Translations under genes and position numbers: made by a program | Part shown: one piece after another, positions 1 through 10,000 of the stretch | Layout: every line of letters begins with the position of its first letter | How positions within the stretch are numbered: position 1 is the stretch's first letter | The notes under the pieces: generated by a model | What the model saw: the letters and a program-made list of their open reading frames with translations, nothing else | Database searches by the model: none | Told to the model about the DNA's origin: nothing | Origin: a virus | Direction: 5' to 3' (one strand) | IMG/VR virus record: IMGVR_UViG_3300045988_137103 | DNA length: 64,000 nucleotides

Positions 1-495
1 AATGATGCCTTCCTGGTTATCGAGAACAATACCGCTTACTCTCGTATGAACAATACCGAGGGCAACCAGTCAGAGCTGTTCTTCCCTATCCTCATCCCTC
101 TCTACAGCAACCTTTATAGTGCCTCCCAGTCCAAGCTGAAGAAGGTGAAGAATATCGAAATGAAATGGGGATTCAACACCAATAAGGCAACAAAGGTGGC
201 AGTAGTGAAGACGATGGCAAGAATCATCCGTGATAGTGGCTATATGGAGCGAGAACTTGCAGCCATTGATGAATGCACCTACTTCCTCTATTACAAACAG
301 AACGACTGTTATGGAGCAGTAGCCGGCAAGCATGATGACCGTGTTATGGCCAGAGCCATAGCCCTCTACGTAGAGAAGGATATGCCTGCACCTGAAATAG
401 TTCCATTCAGGTCAAAGGCAGAGATAGAGCGTGAACGTCTCCGCAACCGCCCACCAGTAGTAGCTGATTTGGCCGGAATAGGTGGGGGCAGCTAG
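1..495 (+). CDS. terL: Terminase large subunit, C-terminal nuclease-domain fragment (5' end cut by window start)
   Basis: Frame 1 is open from nt 1 (NDAFLVIENN...). It carries VIENN and GKHDDRVMA acidic motifs typical of the RNase H-like nuclease half of TerL. The matching ATPase half lies at the other end of the window. Confidence 0.75.
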   Translation, partial: NDAFLVIENNTAYSRMNNTEGNQSELFFPILIPLYSNLYSASQSKLKKVKNIEMKWGFNTNKATKVAVVKTMARIIRDSGYMERELAAIDECTYFLYYKQNDCYGAVAGKHDDRVMARAIALYVEKDMPAPEIVPFRSKAEIERERLRNRPPVVADLAGIGGGS

Positions 496-535
496 CCTCT
501 ATCTAGCCAGCAGCATGATCCGTTCCCTGTATAGT

Positions 536-564
536 CACCGTTCCAGGCGATTCTATCGCCTGTC
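536..564 (+). repeat. Conserved-flank hairpin, copy 1 (CACCGTTCC-AGGCGAT-TCT-ATCGCCT-GTC)
   Basis: 7-bp stem and 3-nt loop directly downstream of the terL stop. It shares 5' CCACCGTTCC and 3' GTC(CCC) flanks with copies at 35026, 42920 and 43057. Confidence 0.6.
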
Positions 565-597
565 AATATAAGTTAATAATTAAAAGTAATAAGAAAA

Positions 598-1065
598 ATG
601 AAACAAAGTTATTCTAACCTGCTGCGTAAGATGCTCATAGCCATCTACCAGCCTATCGTCACTCGTATCGAACTCTTCCGTGCCACACGCATGTGGCAAA
701 AAGGAGTCAAGGCAACCATTTCCAAGTATAAAGAATGTGGTGCGCCTCGTTTCTACATGCTCTACGACCAGTCGCATAAAGATTGGGCGATTATGACCTA
801 CGATCCTAACCGCAAGTGCATGCTTGCCTATCGAAAATTAGTCCAGATGGGCAAGTGGAAAGCTACTCGCTATTTCAAAAATGTAGAAGACATCAAAGCC
901 GCATCCTACTACTATACCCCTTCCAAGTGGGGAGCCATCGGCTGCGATGCAGACAACAAGGTGCGCACAACCAAACTAAAAAACTGGCAAGAGTATTACA
1001 TGTACCGAGTTTCTACCCTTATGTTTAAGTTACGCTTATACAAGAAGAGACATGGTATTGATTAA
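598..1065 (+). CDS. Hypothetical protein (155 aa)
   Basis: ATG ORF after terL on the same strand with protein-like composition. No motif recognised. Confidence 0.6.
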   Translation: MKQSYSNLLRKMLIAIYQPIVTRIELFRATRMWQKGVKATISKYKECGAPRFYMLYDQSHKDWAIMTYDPNRKCMLAYRKLVQMGKWKATRYFKNVEDIKAASYYYTPSKWGAIGCDADNKVRTTKLKNWQEYYMYRVSTLMFKLRLYKKRHGID

Positions 1066-1198
1066 ACAAAAAGAAGAGGAGACCATCACGGCTTCCTCTT
1101 CACAATCTAACAACCTTAAAAACTAATAAACCTAAAAAAATAATTTAAGAACTGAACTACATTTCGTTCGATATTATGAATTAACTAAGAACTTTCTT

Positions 1199-3256
1199 CT
1201 ACATAGCTGCCGAAGGAAGAGCTGCCAAATCATTCGCACCATCACCGGAATCCTTTAGGTGCGTATCTGGTTCTGCTGACAGTTGTTGCTGGCCTCCGTC
1301 TGTAGGTACCTGTCCATTGGCTGCTTGCTGTGCCTGAAGAGCCTCCAACTTTTCCAGTTGCTCCTTGAAGTATTTCCTCATTCTGCCTGTACCAGGGAAA
1401 TTAGCTACCGTAAGCATCGTATATGGGTCCATCTTGCCGCTCACCATCATCTGCCAAGCCATATCTTTATTTGTATCTCTGATGAGTGGGCTGTATGCAT
1501 CCAAGTCGATAGAAACATCTAGATCCATATCCCTCATGGTTTTCGAGTTGAAATGAATCTCAAATTCATCACCTGTCAGTTTTACGCTGTCTTCATCGGT
1601 ACAAAATTCCTGTATCAGGTAAAGTTTCTTCTTGGCCACGCGTACCTTGAAGTTGTTGAAACTCTCCACAAAGTCCTGTATGGTGGTAGATGATGATTCT
1701 CTTTCCAACTGATATTGCTTACCGCTGGTGTTCCGGTGCTGGCCTTGTAGAGCACCCTGCACACCACTACCCTCGCTCGCCATCGTCTTGGCAAAGTTCA
1801 CCATGAAGTCAACACCTGCCGGAATACTCTTGTTGACCAGTGTCTGCGGTGGCTTACCTCCATTCTTGGAGTTCCATAAGATAAAACCATCTGTCTTGGT
1901 ATAGTTCACCTGCATTTCATCGATGCTCTGTTTTTCGCTCAATGCGTTCTCATCAACAAGCATCGTTCCCTTGGCACCATTCGCTACAATGAAGTTGATC
2001 ATCATCATATAATGGTTCAAGGTGCGCTGGTTGTTTTCTGCTCGCATCGTGAAACTTCTTACCTCGCCATTCAAACATGGATAGGCATCGAAGGTGTATG
2101 GATGGATAGAGGTTCTGAATCCGTCCCTGAGCACATAGTATGGTGATTCCCTGGCATCCAGCAGATAGCCATTCGGTGTGATATATCTTCTGAACCAGTA
2201 GGTTTCAGCCTCATCCTTAATCTCGATGGTCTTAAGTTCAGAAGGGTCTACATAGTAGATAGGCTCACCATTCTCATCGAGCACAGGTAGGCCATTCTCA
2301 TCTTTCATGATGTTGGATTCCTCTATCTTACGCTTCTTTTCCTCATAGAAGGCTCGTTGGTCGGGAGATGCATAGCCGCAATCTCCACTCTCCCAGTCAT
2401 GTACCCAGATGGCAGGTCTGGTTTCTTTTGTCCAGATTTCCAATACCCGGTACTTGCCTACTACTGAAGAATGGGTGAAATCATCTATTCCGGCATACTG
2501 GGCTTCACCAGTCGGGTGATAAGTCTGTTCGGGCGCAAAATGGTGCTGCGTCTGTAGATAGATCTCACTGAGTTTATTAGCCTCTTCCTTGCTTCCATTT
2601 GTAAAGGTAGCAATAATCTCACGCCAAGTCAAATCATGAGCCTCAGCAATAAATTCCACATCGCTCAGATCATACTTAAAGAAAGGTGGTATAGCTAGCT
2701 TAAAGATGTCTACAGAATAGTCAAAGATGCCATTTTTGCCATCCCTTCTGCCATAATAGGTTTTCATGCCCACAAAGGCGAATACACAGAAGGCATAGAA
2801 CATTCTCGCATCTAACTCTTGCCTTTCGTTCTGGTTGTCGTTCTGACGAAGATATTCATTGAAGAAACTGATATAGTCTTCCTCGTTTGGATCCACGGCA
2901 CTACATGTAGCAGTACTGCGCTGCTGGCGCACAAGACCAACGAGCGAAAGAAGTTTGTCTCCGATTACATCGTATTCCAGTATTGGCATACCTTTCAGTT
3001 CCATATACTGCCGGATGGTAATCTTTCTTCCGTTCCATTCTATCAGCTCTTCCAACTGTCTTCCCATCACGAAGTCTTGCGCTCGCTTCCACTTCTTTCT
3101 CAGTTCTGCACCATCATAGAAGTATTGGCAAGCCCATTGCAGCAACAGAAGATTGCTTTCGCTCTGCGTAAACCGCTCTCGGCTCACTCCTTCAAGTGAG
3201 TCTGGTCCCGGCTCTGCATAGTTCGATATGTCATTTATTACATGATTGTCAACCAT
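1199..3256 (-). CDS. Putative portal protein (685 aa)
   Basis: The size fits a portal and the gene lies next to the terminase. It sits behind its own late promoter and has an acidic Gln/Gly-rich C-terminal tail. Called from context and size, not from a diagnostic motif. Confidence 0.6.
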   Translation of the reverse strand: MVDNHVINDISNYAEPGPDSLEGVSRERFTQSESNLLLLQWACQYFYDGAELRKKWKRAQDFVMGRQLEELIEWNGRKITIRQYMELKGMPILEYDVIGDKLLSLVGLVRQQRSTATCSAVDPNEEDYISFFNEYLRQNDNQNERQELDARMFYAFCVFAFVGMKTYYGRRDGKNGIFDYSVDIFKLAIPPFFKYDLSDVEFIAEAHDLTWREIIATFTNGSKEEANKLSEIYLQTQHHFAPEQTYHPTGEAQYAGIDDFTHSSVVGKYRVLEIWTKETRPAIWVHDWESGDCGYASPDQRAFYEEKKRKIEESNIMKDENGLPVLDENGEPIYYVDPSELKTIEIKDEAETYWFRRYITPNGYLLDARESPYYVLRDGFRTSIHPYTFDAYPCLNGEVRSFTMRAENNQRTLNHYMMMINFIVANGAKGTMLVDENALSEKQSIDEMQVNYTKTDGFILWNSKNGGKPPQTLVNKSIPAGVDFMVNFAKTMASEGSGVQGALQGQHRNTSGKQYQLERESSSTTIQDFVESFNNFKVRVAKKKLYLIQEFCTDEDSVKLTGDEFEIHFNSKTMRDMDLDVSIDLDAYSPLIRDTNKDMAWQMMVSGKMDPYTMLTVANFPGTGRMRKYFKEQLEKLEALQAQQAANGQVPTDGGQQQLSAEPDTHLKDSGDGANDLAALPSAAM

Positions 3257-3273
3257 AATTCTTAATTTTTCGC

Positions 3274-3355
3274 CAAAAATACTCTTTTTTTTGCCAACCT
3301 TTGTGATAATCTGCGCAAATTATCACTCTTTATGCTCCCTTTTATTGTATTTTTG
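3274..3355. promoter_or_regulatory. Bidirectional late-type promoter (portal on the minus strand, 3403 ORF on the plus strand)
   Basis: Perfect palindrome GTGATAAT-CTGCGCAA-ATTATCAC at 3303-3326. TAnnTTTG boxes lie exactly 29 nt from the octamer on each side: CAAAAATA at 3274-3281, which is TATTTTTG on the minus strand, and TATTTTTG at 3348-3355. Confidence 0.65.
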
Positions 3356-3402
3356 TTCCGCAATTCATTAAAACATGTTGAATTTCTAATATATTAGATA
3401 TT

Positions 3403-3879
3403 ATGGGTAAATCTATCAATGTACATGAAGCCTGCGTCATTACAAAAGATGATAAAGGCAACCTCTCCATGGTAGGCAAGGCAAAAGAAGCCCTTACCAC
3501 CTTGAAGAAGAATAAGGTTTCTGTCTGCATTCTTCTCTGTGACAACAAAAAAGATGATGTAGAAAAGTTCCTTAACGATAATAATGTACCTTTCGCCTCT
3601 CTCAGTACCAAGGAGGAGACCGATAAGGATGGCAACACCAAGCATGTTGATCCACCAAAGGCAGATGTAACCATCATGCCAAGTTCCAAGGTCATCACTC
3701 TTCGAGACGATTGGCAATGGTGCTTGGATGATATTGCCCAACGTCTCTGGGGCGAGAAAAAGAAGGAGAATCCAAAGAGTGAACAACAGCGCATGGATGA
3801 CAGCATGGCTGATTACATACGCTGGGCAACACCAAAGAAAAAGGAACCAGAGAATGCATCTGGTCCTTCTCTCGGATAA
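3403..3879 (+). CDS. Hypothetical protein (158 aa)
   Basis: ATG ORF downstream of the plus-strand -7 box and followed by a hairpin terminator at 3973-4006. It is more protein-like than the two overlapping antisense ORFs. Confidence 0.6.
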   Translation: MGKSINVHEACVITKDDKGNLSMVGKAKEALTTLKKNKVSVCILLCDNKKDDVEKFLNDNNVPFASLSTKEETDKDGNTKHVDPPKADVTIMPSSKVITLRDDWQWCLDDIAQRLWGEKKKENPKSEQQRMDDSMADYIRWATPKKKEPENASGPSLG

Positions 3880-3972
3880 CATCGCTCCAACATCTTCAAC
3901 TTTAAACACACAAATGATTCATTAATCATAACTATTTTAAATTTATTTGGAATTAGATTTTTTATAACTATC

Positions 3973-4006
3973 AAAAAGGGACTCGCTGTGAAGCAAGTCC
4001 CTTTTT
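3973..4006. terminator. Bidirectional intrinsic terminator
   Basis: AAAAA-GGGACT-(12-nt loop)-AGTCCC-TTTTT, lying between convergent genes 3403-3879 (+) and 4098-20528 (-). Confidence 0.7.
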
Positions 4007-4097
4007 CTGTTTGTAGAAATATCGAACATAAAATTGAATTGGCCAAAGCCTATTTTCGGAAATATAGAACATTTCCTAGAATGAAGTAGCCCGAAGG

Positions 4098-7000
4098 CTA
4101 CTCCATTCCGTTCAACGTTTTTAGCAGCTCCTTTCTGGTATTCCGAATCTCTACCAGTTTGGCAGCATCGTTCGTACCATCCATTTGCTTCTTAGCCTTA
4201 TTCATCTTCCTTCTTGCAGCAGAGATAGCCTTTCTAGCCGCAAACAGTCGCTTGTTGGTCTTGCTGTTCTTAAAGGCATTTGCCTTCGCCTTATCAACAT
4301 CCTTCAAACGCTGATACTCCTGATAAGTCTCCATGGTTCCGTTCCAGACGTTCTGTATTCTCCAGTCCTCCGTCACGTCCTCTGCCTTAGCCTTTATCAG
4401 GTACTTGCTTTCAGCCTTCTCCATTTCCTTCAAGTCTTCATCACCGTTCAGATAACCCTGCACCATGTCCAGAGCCTCCTTCTGGGTGAAAGCCTTGTAA
4501 TCACTCTGCGAGAGGAATTTCTTCATCTTCTGGCGCATCTTCTTCTTTTCCGTGATACTCTTGGCAGTATCAAAGCGTTTACTAGCCTCCTGTAAGGAAG
4601 TCACTCCATCGCTCATTTCTGCACTCTCCAGTGCCTTCACCGAACCGATGGCAGCCTTAATCTGAGCCTCAGGATCAATACCATTGCGCTGGCAGCTCTG
4701 ATAGGTCATCACCACGCCCTCCATGTCACCGCTCAGGATAAAGTCCTTGAAGTAACTCTGAGCCTTCCATGGAGAGAAGCCCTTAGAAGAAGGGAAGAAG
4801 AAATCAACGGCCTTGAACTCCTTATTCTCCTGACTCGGAATCAGGAAAGGTGCCCAGTACAAAGCATCCTTATAAAGCAGTCCGATGGTCTTACCATACT
4901 TGCGCTGAATCTCTTGATCCGCATGGCTGGCTTGGAAATCGCTCAGATAGTTTATATCATCCAAGGTCATTCTCACCATAGGGTTAGCCTTACCTATCAT
5001 TCGCTGTACCATAGGTCCAGGGAACTCTAGTTCTCCCTTATGATTGAAAAGGTATTCCGGAACCTCACGGAATTGCTTACCATGTCTCACATACATTTCT
5101 GTACCATCTTCATATCTGCCTAAGAAGATCTTGCTCTGCTGGCCAAGGCTGTTGCCTCTCATCAGATAGTCATACCATTTTATACCCTCATCACCATAAG
5201 CCAGTTCATACATACTCTTATAGCTTGGGTTGGTCTTCCGGATCTCCTCTGCCTTCTTGCGCTCCTTCTCCTCGTCCAGGGCACGGAAAGCAGCATTGAT
5301 GCCATTGGCAATACCCTCATAAAATACCATGAATCCGATACCATAACAGAGCAAAGCCGAAATCTGCCTGCTTCTTCTGCCTTCATCCTCCGGTGCAAGT
5401 TCCTTATGTTTGAGCCTCTTGTAATACTGTTTGAAGTTCTCAAAGGTTGCCTCATTCCAGATAGAACCAAATCCGGTTAATGCCAGAAAATGACGTGTAG
5501 TAGAAGCATTCCAGTCTGAAGAAAGAAGAACTCGTCCGGCATAGCGCAAGGTACGATGGCTGGCTCCCAACACATCCCAGTGCTGACCGCCAAACATATC
5601 GTTTACAAACTGTCCGTCCTCGTCCAAAGCCCGGCTCAGTTCCTCCTCAGTCCAACCCTTCTTCTTGGCACGCTCTTTGGTCTTGTCTGCCCTCATACGA
5701 TAGGTAGCAAGTTTCAGTCCATCATGTAGGAAATCCCACAAAGCAACATCCATACCCTTATTGATGAGAGAAAGCATCTGCGTTGCCACCTTCAATGGCA
5801 TAGAAGCCTTAGCCACCGTTCCGGAAATTTTATTTCCGTCCTTCAACTTCTTCTGCACCTTTATCATCGCATCGCGCATGTTGTCAAACATGTTCTGTAC
5901 ATCCGCTGCAGCATAGTCGTTGGTCGCTCCGAACTTCACCAGATGGCTAGCAGCCTCTTGGAAATCCTCAGGATTGGCGAAGCAAGGAAGTTCATGGTTC
6001 TTGGCTGTATCTGCAAAGATATACTTCATAAAGTTGGCCATAGCCTTCTTAGGTCCAAACTCCACCATATTCTGTACCATATAAACCTCCGTCAAGGCTC
6101 CGGCATGGAAACCGCTAAAGCCCAATTCCAGTTTCTTGGCACTAGAAGCAAGCGTATCAAACGTTTTCCAAAATGGGGAAGACTGATAGGTATCAAACAC
6201 AACTCCAAATCTGTCACCGGCACTGGCCTCGCTATAGAGCACCTTTTCGTTGTCAGTGATAGGATTCTTCACCTTCACTTGCTTTGGAGATACATTATAT
6301 ACCCATACAGGGCCTACGCCCGGAATCTCAAAGTACTTATATTGCTCCAAATTGAATGGAGCAGAAGAAGAAAGTAGTGGATCAGTTGAAATCACCTCTC
6401 CTTTTTCATTCCTCTCAATTACGTTCAGTCCGGTCAACTCCTGTAACATGGTCTTGTTCGCCCATGCCTCAATATTACTTCTGCTGTAATATGCCATCAT
6501 CTTCGTAATGTCAGTAGTTTTTGGCACAAGTCCGGCATAAACACCTTCCATCAAAGTGCTGATGGTTCGCTTCTTCTCATTAGGGCTCTTCGTGCGCTGC
6601 CTATTCTCCACAAAGGTAGCATACGCCTCAGGATCAGATTTCTCTTTATCCCAAATATGATTTACGTAGTCAACATTATAACCAGTGCCAGCTTTCAAAG
6701 TATGATTATCCATCAACCAGTCGTAGGTATAGTTATACCAGTCACGGATGGAATCAATGGCAGCCTGCATTTCAGGAGAAAGTTCCTTATAATTGATACG
6801 TCCAGGCACTACCCTCTCTTTTACGAGTTTCAAAACATGCTTACTGAGGATGTCTGTTCCATCACATGGTACAAAACCTTCCTCGCCCTGGTGATTGGCA
6901 TTAATTGCCTGAGCCATTTTGCTTGCCACCTCGCTCACAGCCTTAGGATCATCGTATACCTCTATCTCCTTGCCTTTTTTAATCTCTGTATGCTTCTTTG

Positions 7001-10000
7001 CTGTCTCGGTAATCAAGTCTGTCACGTATGGCTGGATAGCCTCAACATCAGCTGGCTGAATATGGATATGTCCCTTATCAAAGACACCAGTGGCATTTAA
7101 GTTCTGAGCCATGTCACGCAAACGTCTAGGAGCCTCTATTATATAAGGTATAGTCTCGGCAAGTTTTTCTGCCCTGTTTTTCTTTCCCTTGTAATCAGAA
7201 AGCAACTTGTCAAAAACACCGCTATCAGCCATCTTCTCGATTCTGTTCTTCACATCATTGATATAGATGGCATCATCAGCACTAGCCTCTTCCATGTTCT
7301 TTCTACGATGGATAACGGCATGCTTAACGGTCTTTGCTGCACCTTCCTTGCTCACGTCAGTACTGGTCACTTCTGCCAAATCCTGCATCACTTGCTGCTC
7401 CAGTGCATCAGCCTTCGGATTGGTCTCTGCTGGGTAAATCTTACCCTCATACAAGTCCAGATCGGCTTGTTGCTGCTCCAGCAAATCATGTTTGGCCAGC
7501 CAGTCCTCATACTTGCGTTTCACCTCCTCCTGCTTCTTCTTTTCGAAGGCAAACATATCTGGCAAAGGGTCTTCCTGGTCCTTCATGGCTGACTGCCATT
7601 TCTCATATTCATGAATACGATTCATGTAGGCAGCATCCTCTTCACCTTCCATTCGGATAGGCATACCAGTAGGTTCCTCGCCAACAAGGTGGTGGCGTTC
7701 ACGCCAGTCTTTATTGAGTTTTGCCCATTCCTTCTTGCCTACTTCATCCTTATCAATGTCGTAGAACATAGGAGGCTCTGGGTTCTCTTTATCCTCGCGC
7801 GCATTCTGCCACTTGCGCCATTCCTGTACACGTTTCATGTACTGAATAGTGCTTTCGCCCTTCTTCTGGCGTGGTTTACCCTTACCTGCACCATCACCCA
7901 GCGCATCCTTGATTTCAGCATTGCTAGCCTGCTTCATCATGGCTTCCTGCTTCTCCTGAGGCATTTCGTCCCAAACGTGCAGAGCCTTGCCAGCCTTCAT
8001 TAGGTAGTATCTCAAATCCTTGTCATTGAGAAGTCCCGGCACACGAACACCCAGCTTCTTAAGCACCTTGATAAGATAATGCTTAATCTTGGTCCAAAGA
8101 GAAAAGTCCTCAGCAGTCTTAGGACCCTCCTCGGCCAAATGAGCGATATACTCCTGCGTTCCCACATTCATGCGGTCAGGGTTCTTCCAGTCCGGATCAT
8201 ATTTGTTGGCAAAGTCAATAATCTTGCCTCGAACATCCTTACCTACGGAACGATAAACGAAGTTGGCGAACTTTCTCACGCCATCTTCGCCACCAAGAAG
8301 TACTTCCATACCCTCATGGCCTATCTTTTCATGCAGCACCGTTCTCTCAGCCTCGTTGGCATCAGCACAGTTAGGCAGATAAACATGCACCGTGTGTGTA
8401 GTAGGGTCATACCATCCGGTAGCCCCATTCTTCACATCACTCAGATAAGCATCAGGAACCTCATCCACAGAAGTGTAAACTGTAGCCTCAGCACCACCCA
8501 GTTTGTTGGCAGTGTTCACTACCCGGTCGCTCACTTGTTTCTGCTTGTCTGCATCCCAGTTGTTCTTGAAGATAGAGCTGCCAAGTCGTGCCAATACATT
8601 TCTGCCCGACAAGTCATCCTTATTCAGCAGAGGAGCAATCACGCCCTGAGTCAACTGCACCGGAATACCATTACCAATGATGGTATGTGCCAAAGATTCC
8701 GTCTTAGGCAATTTATAGTCATCGCCCAGTCCGGTAATCCTAGCCAATACCCTGCCATCTGCACGCAATACCTTTCCACCCGGCATGATGATCACATCAC
8801 CACTCTTGGTTCTCAGCGTAGGCAGAATTTCATCCCCATAGGCATGAGGAATCTTGCCATCGGCATAAGCACTACCCATTACATAAAGAGGCTTCTCCAC
8901 CTTCTGCCAGTCGATACCATCAACCTTCAGTCTGGCATCCATCCATGGAGCCACACCGCTTTCTTTCACCGTCAGAGTAGGAAGAATATCCTCCACAGCC
9001 TCTAGCCATCCACCCTTGCGTGGTTGCTTCTTAGGCTTTTCAGGCAGTTCTCCATCCTTCACGGCTCTGACAATTAGTCGCTCCCTGCTGGTATAGCCTC
9101 CAAAATCTGCGGCATTATACACGTCTACATCCCATTTGTAGCCGTTCTTATCCAGCGCCTGGGTGATAATCTTCATCGCCTCAGAGTCCTTGTAACCCTT
9201 CACGTTCTCGATAGTCACCACTCGCGGTTTCACGGCATCAATGAAGTCGGCAGTGCTCTTGGCAGTCTCCTTGTCAAGCTCCACCTCTCCACTATTACTC
9301 TTTGCCTGCGAGTAGTTCTTGCATACAGGAGAAGCGTGAAAATACTCTACCTCACCATCAATCTGCTTCACCAGTTCCTTAGGATCCACATCCCTCACAT
9401 CAGCCGTAACAATATGCTGCCCGAAGTTATTGCGATATACACCGCTTATCTTCCGGTCATACTCTACAGCCACCACTGGGTCGATAATGCCCTTCAATCC
9501 CTCTTCAACCAGTCCACCACCGCTAAAGTAGGTACCTGCCTTCATCAGAGAATCAGGATGCTTCTTCAACTTCTGCTCCAAGATAGGAGATTGCGCATTT
9601 TTACCGTACACCTTGGAATAATGCACACCATCATTCTCACCTCCTACGATTCTGCCTCTGTTATCGGTCTCCACAAACGGCACACCTCGCTTCTCCAACT
9701 CTTTTCTGAGACTTGGAGTAACCACATTCGAAGGCATAGTGATATTCTTGCCCTTGAACATATCATTGACGATAACATCAGCCACCTCGCTGTCAGGCAC
9801 GATACGCACAGGCTTATCCCAACGAGAAAGCACCACTTTGCGCTTGCCTGTCAACTGTCCTTGGATGATACCAGCCTTCCACTCTACTTCGCCCACGGCA
9901 TCCTTGGCTTTATCAGCCTTGTAGCCACTGGTCAGCTCGCTCTTTGGCACCTCAACCTCTACGGTCACGATATTAGGGCGATTCTGAGCCTCGCTAAACT

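Noticed and set aside
3342-4046. Minus-strand ORFs (154, 171 and 77 aa) opposite the 3403-3879 gene.
   Set aside because: Their hydrophobic low-complexity translations look like antisense artefacts. The plus-strand ORF is bracketed by a -7 box and a terminator.
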